Assembly: GCA_005223185.1 (NCBI GenBank)
Contig: NJBN01000009.1
Coordinates: 1,321-65,320 of the forward strand
Direction: 5' to 3'
DNA length: 64,000 nucleotides
DNA from: a candidate division LCP-89 bacterium B3_LCP
Lineage (GTDB): Bacteria > Electryoneota > B3-LCP
The notes beneath the pieces are model-generated. The model saw only the letters and a list, made by a program, of their open reading frames with translations, ran no database searches and was not told the origin of the DNA. Position numbers and translations under genes: made by a program. Numbering within the stretch: the first letter of the stretch is position 1; the number at the start of each line of letters is the position of its first letter. This document shows, in pieces, positions 28,359 through 38,561 of this stretch.

Positions 28359-29876
28359 CTACTTCACCAACACCATCTTCCCTGAAGAAGTGAAGTCTCC
28401 AGTTTTAAGGTGATAGATATATACTCCCGATGGCAACCCTGATCCGTCAAAACCTACCTCATACACTCCCGTATCGCGCCAACCATTCACTAATTCCGCA
28501 ATCTGACGACCTGAAATATCGTAAACCGTCAGTTTCACCAGACTTGCATCTTGGAGCTGGTAACTAAGAACTGTGGTGGGGTTGAAGGGATTGGGAGTGA
28601 TTTCCACAGACAGTTTGCCGGCTCCCGTCTTCGTGTCCTCTGCAGCTACAGTTTCCTGAGGTAATTCACAACAGAGTTCTTGCTGCAATTGCGTTATCAG
28701 CTCAGGCGCCCAGGCAATGAGCCACCAGTGCCAGCCCATATCCACGATGTCAACGTCGGGGAACAGGTCCGTTCGAGTTGTCCCTATAATCATGGCAGAA
28801 GTTGGATCACCTGCATTCACACAGGGGCTGTTCTGGGGTTGACCGGATTCTATCTGACTGATATAGAAGAACCCTAACGGAGGATTGTGGACGAATAGTG
28901 GATCGGTGCCAATGTTGCCCGTTCCTGACATTCCACCTTCAACGCAGGAATAGGTGAACGACGCAGAACCGTATATGTTGGGGCTGTTAGTGGCGAAATT
29001 ATCATAGACGATGTTGTTCTTACCCGTCGCTGAAGCGCCGCTATACGCATATATTCCAGCGCCACTCGCGGTGGTACTGCTTGAATTGGAACGGTTTCTG
29101 GCAATGGTGTTGTTGACCAATGTGGGTGAACAGCCATAGACAAAGATGCCGCCTCCGCGATAATATGCCCTATTTGCAACCAGCAGATTGTTGGTGATGG
29201 TAGCGTCTGTGTACTGGCAGCGGATCCCGCCGCCTCCACAGCTGCCTCACGTGCTGGTGGAAACATTCTTCGCGAATGCGCTGTTTCTAATTTCCGATCT
29301 ATTACTATAGCTCAGGTAAACGCCACCGCCATTACCCGCTTCATTACCGATGAATATACAATCGGATATCTGCATGGGAGCGTAGGAAGCGTAGATTCCG
29401 CCGCCTAAATTGTAAGCATAGCAGTTGGTGATAAGGCAGTTGGAAATACTCACTTCCGTATGGTTGCAGAATATGCCGCCTCCGCTCCAGTTGGGGTAAT
29501 TGGTGTTGCGAGCGAAATCTATATGGCAGTATGACATGGTGCTGCCATTAGGGCCCGCGTTGAAACGAACGCCGCCGTGTTTGCAGGTTTCATCCGGAAA
29601 CTGGCGCACGAAATTGATCGAATCCACCGGTGTGCCATCCGCATGCAATGTTCCGTTTACATTGAAAGTGTAGTGTCCGGAGAAGAGAAATGAAGTTCCG
29701 GGAAGAATTTCCAGTGTCTGCCCTGCGGGAACCTGGCAGTTTCCGACAACAATGTATTCTCCCGGTCCGAACTGGCCGGACAAGTCACCGCTGACAGTCG
29801 GCTGTCCCATTACAGGATAGGAGAACGCCCAGATTAAAAGCAGGGCGGTAAGTAAAACATAGCATCGTTTTCTCAT
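28359..29876 (-). CDS. Secreted beta-helix protein with CTD, read through an in-frame TGA at 29247-29249 (candidate selenocysteine, U210-G-S-C213), 505 aa
   Basis: Track ORFs 29247..29876 and 28359..29120 share one frame (1518 nt total). The sequence between them codes family-typical GSCGGGGIRCQYTDATITNNLLVANRAYYRGGGIF. Confidence 0.8.
29216..29234 (-). promoter_or_regulatory. Candidate bacterial SECIS hairpin
   Basis: mRNA UGA-ggcagcugugga-GGCGGCGG-GAU-CCGCUGCC. An 8-bp stem starts 12 nt after the UGA and the apical loop begins with G. Confidence 0.6.
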
Positions 29877-29925
29877 GACAGCCTCCTTTTTTGGACTTTA
29901 TACTTCAGTCTTATACTTTATATTT

Positions 29926-32900
29926 TCACTTCACCAGCACCATCTTCTTCACCGCAGTGAAGTCACCCGCTTCAATACGGTAGAAATACATCCCCGAAGC
30001 TAAACCGGATCCGTCAAATGTGAATTCGTGGTAGCCCACTTCACGATATCCGTTGACTAATTGTGCTACCTGGCGACCGAGCATGTTATAGACTGCAAGC
30101 TGGACTCGTCCAGCTTCCGGCAGTGCAAAGCCGATAGTAGTCAGTGGATTAAAGGGGTTGGGATAGTTCTGTTCCAGTGAATAGGTTTCAGGCATTAATG
30201 GATCATCTACCGCAGTCAGCCACTCATCGAACGATTCGCCGCTGTTTGACCAATCCTCAACCCAAACACCATCGCCTGTTGTCAGCTTTTCGAAAGTGAA
30301 ACTGTCCATGTCCCAGATGGTGTCGGGATGGAGTCCTAGGAAACCTTGATAAGTGTAAGTCCCTTCGGGAGCACTGCCGGGCACTGTCTGGGAACGATCT
30401 CGATCCAGTTGAAAACCGGCAGGTAGCGTCAAGTTGATGGGGCCTAACAAGGGTCCGTAAAGGTTTCCGTTAGGGAGTATCACATTGCACCAGACGTCGC
30501 CTACTACCTCGTTTACTCCTGAATTTGCTATGGCAATATTGAAGTCGAACGATCCACCTGATACGGGAATCTGAATTGGTGTGCCATAGGGCGTCAATGC
30601 GATGGTAGCATAAGCGGCTCCCTGATCGAAGTAATTTGCACCCATATCATCCCTGGTGCCGTCGGGGTCGTTGTAGAAGGGATCAGGGTCACCGGCGTCT
30701 ATACAGGGCGAATTCGGGTCTAAGAACCAGGTGTTGATTAAGAGGGGATCTTCTTCGATTGTACCCACTCCTGCAGTAGCACCGTTCGCGAAGGGAGTGG
30801 GACAGTTATAGACGCAGCTATACTGGACTTCGAAGGGTCCCCAGAAACCGGTATCGCAGTTATAGACGATGTTATTCTTTACAGGAGAAATAACAACATC
30901 AGACCTAATACCGTATTCCGCGTTTATGATGGTGTTATTGAATATGTCACCGCTACAACCTTTGATTCCTCTCTCACTCGTTTCAATGCAATTGTGACGT
31001 ATGGTGCCGCTGCTGTTTAGAATTCCGCATCCTTCGGTAGAAGCGTATGAATCGATTACGTTATGTGCAAAGGTACCACTACAATTAATAAATCCAGCCG
31101 AGAAAGCCATCCAAACTGAACTGGATGCGTGTGCATATATATCATTAGCGATGAAGGTGCCTTCGGCATTATCAATAGCATCTGCATACACAGAAAACCA
31201 TTCAACTGTACCAAAGACAGACAAATAAAAACTGTTATTCGTTACCGTCCATCCTGTTCCATCCATTATTGCACCATTGATGTAACTGTTTATTAATGTA
31301 TTACCTGATGTATTTTCAGCATGTACACTTCCGTAAATGTTGCAGGAATCGATATATATAGAACCAGTATCAAGATAAAATGTCCCGTGAATATTACTGT
31401 GTAAGACTTCCAAGAGAGTAGTTCCTTCTGAACGAATATCTGAAAAATAAATGTCCCCATATTCGATAGCAGATTGGCCCTGATTGGAGATAAAATACAA
31501 ATGGCAATATTCACCTTCAATGGTCACTAAATCTTCATCTCCCTGGACTAGTAGGACACCATATATTGTAAAACTTATGTCGCTCTCGGAGAATTCAACC
31601 TCTGTACCTGGCGTCATCACTAAGCTATCGCCTTCTGGAATATAAATGTCTTCACCGATGATATAAGGGCTGTTTTCCGCCGTCCAGACTCCCGAAACAG
31701 CACCCGACATTGGCCCACTTCCGTCCCAATAAAATACACCCATATCGGAACGTGTGCTGTCTGGATCCAACGGGAAAGTTGGATCACCAGCGTCAATACA
31801 TGGCGAACCGGACGTTAATTGGCATTCTTCCGTTATCATTGGATCGCCAACCAGATTGCCCTCGCCGGGCCAGTATTCCGGTCCAATTGAATAGGTCATC
31901 TCGATATTCTGTGCAATTCCCGTAATGAACATGTTATCCATCTCATATATGATGGAATTAGCGGCATTGGCAGTGCTTGAATTATCAATGAGTTTCACTG
32001 CTCCTATTAAATAACCACCAGAGCCGTAAACATAACAGATATCACAATGATCCAGATTAAGGTTAGATGAATTATCCAAGGCAATCACAGCTGCACCATC
32101 ATGCCCTGAATAATTGCAGTTTTCAGTAAACAAGGTCCTTGTAATATTCAGGTTGGAATCATTTGCATAAACTGCAACTCCGTCATAAGCACCGGAATGT
32201 ATCTGGGACCTATTGAACGAGCTCGAATCAATAGAAACACTGGAACTATTCAAGTATAAGGCACCTCCCTGTTCATAGGCACTGCAGAGGTAGAACGACA
32301 CATTGTCTATGATTATCTGAGGACAGTTCTCCGCATAAATACCACCACCACTCCATTCAGCAGGGGAACTCACAATAATTGAATTCTCAATGTTAATCTG
32401 GGGGCAATTTATTACGTAGATTGCCCCGCCATTGTTTGCATCATAGTATCCGTCAAGAAGGCTGTGGTTTATCGTAATAATTGAGTTGTCAGCATATATA
32501 CAACCACCGTTTTCTGAGGTTAGAAAAGAGCCTTTAGCGATTGCAATTTTTACATAATCAAAAATGTTTTCCCCATCTGCCTCTTCGAAAATGATACCAC
32601 CCCAACCAGTATTCCAGCCATAAAACCTGATGGTATCCTCTTCAGCACCAATAGCCTGCAGGTTTCCCTCTATTTTTAGCACATGTAAGCTGTCAATGTA
32701 AACTACCACACCTGGTTCAATAACTAACTGCTGGCCATCTTCTACTATGAGATTTTCATTATAATAATATGGTGAATTTTCCACCGTCCAGATACCGGAA
32801 ACAGGAGTGAATTCCTGTCCCAACCCGGTAAAATGAATTGAAGCGGTATCACCAACCACAAATCCTTCTGAATTGATCACCATATCCGTTGAACGTTCAT

Positions 32901-34152
32901 ACCCTGGACTAGTGAATGTGATTGTATATTTTGCCTTTTCGTAAGGCGAGAGGATCGACGAGGTCGGATCAAGAAGGAATGAGAAGTTTTCTGGAGACGT
33001 TAAATATGTATCCAGAATTTCAAGATAATAATTGTTCAAATTATTGAATTCGAAGAATGCCTCCATCTGCTCACCAGGCCAGAGTGGAGGAAAATCAATT
33101 GTGGTTGGATAAGGAGCTAATCCGCTTCCGCCACCTATCCCCATATCTGCTCTGGAACCGTCATAATCATACCAGAAACCACCGGGATTGCCAGAATCGA
33201 TGCAGGGTGAACCGGGATTTAAGGTGAAATCACCGGACATGGGATCGACAAAAAGAGGATCTGCACTTATGTTCCCCTCGCCTGGATATGGAATTTCCAG
33301 ATCACAATAATTTATCTTGGTATAATCCGGTTGATTTGTGATCATATCACAATCCCAGATAATACAGTTATGCACCTCGCTAATAACACCATCACTACCT
33401 AGGTTGAAAAGGTAGTCATCAGGGGACACAGTATTATAAAAAACCGAAAAAGCTAACATACCTTTTGTAAAAGTGATCCCTGAATAAACGGTGCAATTAT
33501 TGTAAAGTGCACATCCATACATTAAGCAACCACAGGCATTCTGCGCATAATTGCAATCAATATGAATGACTTTGTGAGTTGTATTATCGAAAAAATTGCT
33601 GCCCTTAATAATAGCATAATCCTGGCTCTGCGAAAACAGCACATAATCACATGTGTTATTGTAGAATTCACAATCTTCAACAACTAATACATTGCCTATG
33701 CTCTGATACTTCAGCACATACTTGGCGTCATTATTTCGAAAGGAACAATGCCTTAAAGAAAGATTTCCGCTTCCGCCGTTTATAGCTCCTAGGTCATTAT
33801 ATCCAGCACCTTCAAAATTAGCATATGCTATGCGAGAATCAGAAGCAGCCCCTGAAGCAAAATCTATTGACTTCCAACATGTATCCCCGGCTGTGAAATA
33901 GACTGAGTCTGATTCTGTTCCATTGACTAGCAGACTAAATTCAATCTCAAAATCACAAAAGGCGTCAAACTGAACTGCTACTCCTGCGTCAATAGTTAAA
34001 TCCATGGCATGAGTATTACCGATAATAATATACGGACTGCCCGCCGGAGTCCACGTCTGGGTGCCGATATAGCCTGAGATATACGTCTGCCCATGTGCAA
34101 TAGCTGGGAAAAGGAGAACCAGCACTAAGACGATAACAGTATTAGCACGCAT
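29926..34152 (-). CDS. Large secreted protein with three beta-helix modules and T9SS type A-like CTD
   Basis: GGAGGTG RBS before ATG 34152. Three W...SPY.. / SPCID.G.P...D.D..R.DMG modules, QNYPNPFNP..KKMVLVK. Promoter TTGACA-N17-TATATT at 34225-34253. Confidence 0.85.
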   Translation of the reverse strand: MRANTVIVLVLVLLFPAIAHGQTYISGYIGTQTWTPAGSPYIIIGNTHAMDLTIDAGVAVQFDAFCDFEIEFSLLVNGTESDSVYFTAGDTCWKSIDFASGAASDSRIAYANFEGAGYNDLGAINGGSGNLSLRHCSFRNNDAKYVLKYQSIGNVLVVEDCEFYNNTCDYVLFSQSQDYAIIKGSNFFDNTTHKVIHIDCNYAQNACGCLMYGCALYNNCTVYSGITFTKGMLAFSVFYNTVSPDDYLFNLGSDGVISEVHNCIIWDCDMITNQPDYTKINYCDLEIPYPGEGNISADPLFVDPMSGDFTLNPGSPCIDSGNPGGFWYDYDGSRADMGIGGGSGLAPYPTTIDFPPLWPGEQMEAFFEFNNLNNYYLEILDTYLTSPENFSFLLDPTSSILSPYEKAKYTITFTSPGYERSTDMVINSEGFVVGDTASIHFTGLGQEFTPVSGIWTVENSPYYYNENLIVEDGQQLVIEPGVVVYIDSLHVLKIEGNLQAIGAEEDTIRFYGWNTGWGGIIFEEADGENIFDYVKIAIAKGSFLTSENGGCIYADNSIITINHSLLDGYYDANNGGAIYVINCPQINIENSIIVSSPAEWSGGGIYAENCPQIIIDNVSFYLCSAYEQGGALYLNSSSVSIDSSSFNRSQIHSGAYDGVAVYANDSNLNITRTLFTENCNYSGHDGAAVIALDNSSNLNLDHCDICYVYGSGGYLIGAVKLIDNSSTANAANSIIYEMDNMFITGIAQNIEMTYSIGPEYWPGEGNLVGDPMITEECQLTSGSPCIDAGDPTFPLDPDSTRSDMGVFYWDGSGPMSGAVSGVWTAENSPYIIGEDIYIPEGDSLVMTPGTEVEFSESDISFTIYGVLLVQGDEDLVTIEGEYCHLYFISNQGQSAIEYGDIYFSDIRSEGTTLLEVLHSNIHGTFYLDTGSIYIDSCNIYGSVHAENTSGNTLINSYINGAIMDGTGWTVTNNSFYLSVFGTVEWFSVYADAIDNAEGTFIANDIYAHASSSVWMAFSAGFINCSGTFAHNVIDSYASTEGCGILNSSGTIRHNCIETSERGIKGCSGDIFNNTIINAEYGIRSDVVISPVKNNIVYNCDTGFWGPFEVQYSCVYNCPTPFANGATAGVGTIEEDPLLINTWFLDPNSPCIDAGDPDPFYNDPDGTRDDMGANYFDQGAAYATIALTPYGTPIQIPVSGGSFDFNIAIANSGVNEVVGDVWCNVILPNGNLYGPLLGPINLTLPAGFQLDRDRSQTVPGSAPEGTYTYQGFLGLHPDTIWDMDSFTFEKLTTGDGVWVEDWSNSGESFDEWLTAVDDPLMPETYSLEQNYPNPFNPLTTIGFALPEAGRVQLAVYNMLGRQVAQLVNGYREVGYHEFTFDGSGLASGMYFYRIEAGDFTAVKKMVLVK

Positions 34153-34291
34153 TTTCACCTCCATAGTTAGTTAATACAGCTACTTAGGATGGTATTCGAG
34201 GAAAAGCGGATATTACTAGTTTATAATATACTAAATATTTTCCTATTTGTCAAGTGGTTTTCTCTTCTCAGGGAAAATTTGTACAAAAAAT

Positions 34292-34319
34292 AAAGGGCAG
34301 ACACACAGGCCTGCCCTTT
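34292..34319 (-). terminator. Hairpin terminator (REP-like) after the C25 protease gene
   Basis: AAAGGGCAG-N10-CTGCCCTTT, followed by a T-run on the minus strand. Confidence 0.65.
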
Positions 34320-34343
34320 CATTTTCTTGGAACATTTTCCTTC

Positions 34344-37300
34344 TTACTTGAGAAGCACCATCTTCTTCACTGCGGTGAAGTCACCTGCTTGTATGCGGTA
34401 GAAATACAATCCCGATGATAATCCCGATCCGTCAAATGTGATCTGGTGGCTGCCGGGTGAGTATTGACGGGTCAACGCAAGGTCCCCAAAGGGGCTGGCG
34501 ACCCCTACGCGGCAGCCGTTGATATCGAACACATCCAACTTCACCCAACTGGCAAACGGCAACTGGAAACTGATGGTAGTGGTGGGGTTGAAGGGATTAG
34601 GGAAAGCCTGCGATAGTCCGAACGCCTCAGGAATAGTTTCCTCATCCGAATTGACAATCCAGGGGTCGAACGATTCGCCGTCATTTTCCCATGCGGTTAT
34701 CACATAGCCACCATCACCATCTGCAAGCTTTTCAAAGGGGAAGCTGTCGGTGGCAGTATCGCCATCGGCGACTGCATAGGCGTTATAGGAATAATTACCG
34801 GCGGGTGCTCCCGCGGGGACTGCCTGAGCGCGGTCACGGTCTATAGTGATACCTGCTGTCATTGTTATGGAAACCGGTCCCAGCGTCGGACCATAAATGC
34901 TACTATTGGGCAGGGTTACGTCGCACCAGATTTCGACAAGGTGGGAAGTATTGTCATTGTTGGTCGCGGAGATGTTATAGTCAAAACTGCCACCAGTTGA
35001 GGGGATGGTAATCGGTGTACCGTATGGCGTCAGAGTTATGCTTACCGGTGGGGGAGACGGTGCTCCTTCTGTTGTATAGGTGATGGTTCTTCCGTTTTCT
35101 ACGGGCCAGGCATAGGGATCGTAATTGTTGTAATAACCGTACTGCAGTCCTATGTTCTCGCTCTGGTTTTCGATACCGAAGGTAGCGGTGTTCGGGTAAA
35201 TTACCGTATTGTATTGAACCAGAATAATTCCATCACCGGAAGTGGTGGGATAGTGTGCAGGATCATATAGGATCACCTGGAAGGTCTCTCGCTGCTCGGG
35301 CTGGTTGTAATGAGGTATGTTATACCATTCAACGATAAACCTGTTGTTCGCCGCATCATCGTAAGTGCATATTTCGCAACTACCCAGACTGGGATCTAAG
35401 TTATTCCAGAAGGCAGCTACCATAGCGCTGGGTCCGGCTAGACCCGGAATCCCGCTGTTATATGCGGATGTCGAAGTGGAATACCCTATCACTAGCCAGC
35501 CGTTAGTACAGATGGAAACCTGGCTGTATGTATCCCGGTAATAGGCAAAATCAAACGGCAGAGTTACCTGTGTTGTCTGGTTGTTGTTAGTCAGCGCTAA
35601 AACCGTCCCGGAACCACCTGCGGACGGGGCTATCTCGACCCAGTCATATTGATGCCCCTGCCCGCCATCCATATCATCCCAGGCGTAGTACCCGTACGCG
35701 TCAGGACCGCAGGGTTGATTGCGCTCATCGCCCACGTAAGTCTGAAACGTATCGGTAACAGCATAGCCACCGGATGCGGTCATATCCAACGTAAAAACCG
35801 CCATTGTTCCTGGAGTGTATGCTGGATCGCAGGTAATGGTGAACGTACCGGATGCTGAAGTTGCGGGATTCAAATCACCGTAACTGACCGGATTACCAGC
35901 TACAGTTAATAGCGGATCATTAGGAACTAATGTTACAGTTAGTTCTTCCGCTGTCGTATTGCCGTTATTGTGAATTGTAACATCAAAGTCTGCCGTTTCC
36001 CCCGGATCCAGGAAGCCGTTGTTGTTACCAAGAGGATCTTGTATGTCCAATTCTTGGAAGACAATTACCGGAGAATTGGCAGTTAGTGAGAAGTAACTTT
36101 CCCAGATGTACGATCCCGACGTTGTTGTCAGCACGAAATCTACTTCATGCTGATCAGGGATAGTCCCGCTTGCTTCAACTCTGAAGCCATCTGTAACCGA
36201 TAGCGAATCACCGGCAGCTATATCACCGTAATATTCGTTATCATCGATAACAGTCACATATTGATCGCTCGATGTTATCGTTACATCGACACCGGTGGCG
36301 TTTTGCACTCCCACGTTCTTAACTTCGATGGCAAGATCAACTATTTCACCGAAATCCCATTGTCCGTTGTTGTTGCCGGTAACTGCATCGTTTATCTGGC
36401 AGGAATTGAAGGCTACATAAGGAGCCTCAGGCGAATAAACCGGCACGTCAACCATGTAACGATAGTAATTCGCTTTGGTTACGGTTACTTTTAATAACTG
36501 CCCTGGCACTGGTTGCGTGATAGGTATCGTTACCGGCCCACCCGTTCCGCTTGCAGATCCTACCAGTTCTCCGGCTATGCTTAAGGCGATTACGGAAGCA
36601 TCATCAGCCGCAACGGTGAATTCACTACTACCACCCAAGATGGAGTCATCATGAACTACCGTCAGGTTCTGAGGTACTTCCGAATAGAGCGTCATAAAAG
36701 CGTCGCCGTGATGATGGAACAGATGATAAGTTACATCTTTACTCTGTGGATTGGAAGGCCAGGTGGAAGCTTCCAGGAACCATTTGGACGTCTGGTTGGC
36801 AACGGCGGGACGTAAATTGGCTTCTCCGATGGGATCAGCGCCGACATCGGGCATGAAATCGGGCCACATCACATCATAGACACCCCAGGTAAAGACGTCG
36901 TTGACGAAGGAATAGGACACTTCACTTGCAGCCATCACGCCCAGCGCGCCGTGTTCCATGCGATGGAATGCTTCGGCAAAACATTCGGTGGGATTGTTAA
37001 ACTTTCCGGTCAGACAGTTAATGGAAAAAACATAAGGATACATGTCGTTGGAAAGACCGGCTAAATCACTGATGGTGTAAGACGGCGAACTCCAACCGAC
37101 TTCTTCCCCATGATCGCGATGTTGAGCGATGAAAGCGCCTGAATTGAGATCAGCATTAATGCGTTCGGCATTACCACCCCAGTCCAACAGGTACGAAGGA
37201 TCAGCCGGTATGTATCCTAAACCGCTGGGACCGAAATAATCCACTATCATCTGAGTATTCACGTTGGTGGACCAAAACGTCGGCGGAGTGGCTGCTCCTG

Positions 37301-38561
37301 CATATTGCCGGGTCGGGTCCTTCCCTTCGATGTAATGGAAGTAACCCCAAATGATCTCACAACAGAGGATAAACCAGCGGTCATCCTGCCATCCTCCGGC
37401 AATGCAGGGGTGCTGATAGAATCCGGGATCGGTTGCAGGTGATCTTTCATATTCCATCATCTTGGATATCATGTTATCCAGGTCTTCCGGCGTCTGTGCC
37501 GTAATCCGTCCGATGATAAGTTCCGGGAGGTCATCTCCGTTGACGTCAGCGTAGATATTATCGGATACGCAGTAATCATCCCAGACTGGTGAAGTGATGC
37601 CATAGCTGTCGCCTGAATTCTCATAATCCGACAAGAGCAGTACTGCTACCAGTGCAGGTTCCCAGGTGGCATAGGCATTGTCGATGTAGTTTTCAATCAG
37701 GACAGCATCGTTGCCGCCAATTTCGCTGATGGTTGTAACCACTGTGGTAATGCCCTGTTCGGTGCGCCACTGTTTGATGGTATCAGCCCAGGCTATGAAG
37801 AAAGGATCATCAGGAACTATAATCAGGTATTCGCCTTCATTTTGGTCAGAAGGACCGATACAATTGAAATCCACTTGCGGCAGAGAAGCATAGTTGACCA
37901 GGTTTTGTCTTAAGACTGGTTCCCACCAGCGACTGCGCAGGCGGTCTTCACCAAAGCGCCCACTGCCCCCATAAAAATTCACTCTTATGCGAATGTCTTT
38001 GTAAACTGTCAAGTCCCGCGTAGCGGGATTGTACTGAAACGGCGTGATTCCGGCTACGACTGCGTCCACGCCTCTCATCTTGACAGGTTCGCTCAACTGC
38101 ACAGGTTCTGCTGGATAATCCGCGTTTATACTGTAGATCTGCGCATCTTTTTTATATACTAGAGGGGAATCGTCATTTTCCCAGGGCAGGACAAATGCCG
38201 GGGCCAAGTTGATATTGTGAAACAGTTCGATGCGGTACGATACCAGTTCAACTTCTGCCCAGGCGCCCTTCGGAATGGCGACAAACCGCCCAGTTCTGGG
38301 AAGATCAGGCGCACCCGCGTCATTTGGTAGAAAGTCTCCGGGAATGGTGACTGTATGCATCAATTCTCCGTTGATTATTACTTGCGAAAGGTCAAATGCA
38401 GGCACAGAATGGATGATCTCAACTCCCGAAGGACTCTGAGAAATTAGATTATGCCCCGCATCTCCCCAGCAGTCCTGGAAGTAGATTATTTCCGCTGACA
38501 CCGCAAATGCTATAAGCAGGGCGAAGAAGACAGCGGTAACGAATCTTGTAATTACAGTCAT
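34344..38561 (-). CDS. Gingipain-like C25 cysteine peptidase with propeptide, Ig-like domains and CTD
   Basis: Propeptide (GAPDLP, PFQYNP), YLII..D, SDN.YAD..GD..PE..IGR, HRDHG (catalytic His), SINCLTG (catalytic Cys), GPDAYGYY domain, AFPNPFNP..KKMVLLK. Confidence 0.92.
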   Translation of the reverse strand: MTVITRFVTAVFFALLIAFAVSAEIIYFQDCWGDAGHNLISQSPSGVEIIHSVPAFDLSQVIINGELMHTVTIPGDFLPNDAGAPDLPRTGRFVAIPKGAWAEVELVSYRIELFHNINLAPAFVLPWENDDSPLVYKKDAQIYSINADYPAEPVQLSEPVKMRGVDAVVAGITPFQYNPATRDLTVYKDIRIRVNFYGGSGRFGEDRLRSRWWEPVLRQNLVNYASLPQVDFNCIGPSDQNEGEYLIIVPDDPFFIAWADTIKQWRTEQGITTVVTTISEIGGNDAVLIENYIDNAYATWEPALVAVLLLSDYENSGDSYGITSPVWDDYCVSDNIYADVNGDDLPELIIGRITAQTPEDLDNMISKMMEYERSPATDPGFYQHPCIAGGWQDDRWFILCCEIIWGYFHYIEGKDPTRQYAGAATPPTFWSTNVNTQMIVDYFGPSGLGYIPADPSYLLDWGGNAERINADLNSGAFIAQHRDHGEEVGWSSPSYTISDLAGLSNDMYPYVFSINCLTGKFNNPTECFAEAFHRMEHGALGVMAASEVSYSFVNDVFTWGVYDVMWPDFMPDVGADPIGEANLRPAVANQTSKWFLEASTWPSNPQSKDVTYHLFHHHGDAFMTLYSEVPQNLTVVHDDSILGGSSEFTVAADDASVIALSIAGELVGSASGTGGPVTIPITQPVPGQLLKVTVTKANYYRYMVDVPVYSPEAPYVAFNSCQINDAVTGNNNGQWDFGEIVDLAIEVKNVGVQNATGVDVTITSSDQYVTVIDDNEYYGDIAAGDSLSVTDGFRVEASGTIPDQHEVDFVLTTTSGSYIWESYFSLTANSPVIVFQELDIQDPLGNNNGFLDPGETADFDVTIHNNGNTTAEELTVTLVPNDPLLTVAGNPVSYGDLNPATSASGTFTITCDPAYTPGTMAVFTLDMTASGGYAVTDTFQTYVGDERNQPCGPDAYGYYAWDDMDGGQGHQYDWVEIAPSAGGSGTVLALTNNNQTTQVTLPFDFAYYRDTYSQVSICTNGWLVIGYSTSTSAYNSGIPGLAGPSAMVAAFWNNLDPSLGSCEICTYDDAANNRFIVEWYNIPHYNQPEQRETFQVILYDPAHYPTTSGDGIILVQYNTVIYPNTATFGIENQSENIGLQYGYYNNYDPYAWPVENGRTITYTTEGAPSPPPVSITLTPYGTPITIPSTGGSFDYNISATNNDNTSHLVEIWCDVTLPNSSIYGPTLGPVSITMTAGITIDRDRAQAVPAGAPAGNYSYNAYAVADGDTATDSFPFEKLADGDGGYVITAWENDGESFDPWIVNSDEETIPEAFGLSQAFPNPFNPTTTISFQLPFASWVKLDVFDINGCRVGVASPFGDLALTRQYSPGSHQITFDGSGLSSGLYFYRIQAGDFTAVKKMVLLK
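34467..34508 (-). repeat. GTAG-type REP-like palindrome inside the coding sequence of the C25 protease CTD
   Basis: Minus strand GTAGGGGTCG-ccagcccctttgggg-ACCTTGCGTTGACCCGT, translated as VGVASPFGDLALTR. Confidence 0.6.

Noticed and set aside
28874..29266. 130-aa minus-strand ORF bridging the two halves of the split gene, suggesting a frameshift
   Set aside because: The two halves are already in the same frame, and the bridging ORF has no family motifs. Only the TGA interrupts the gene.
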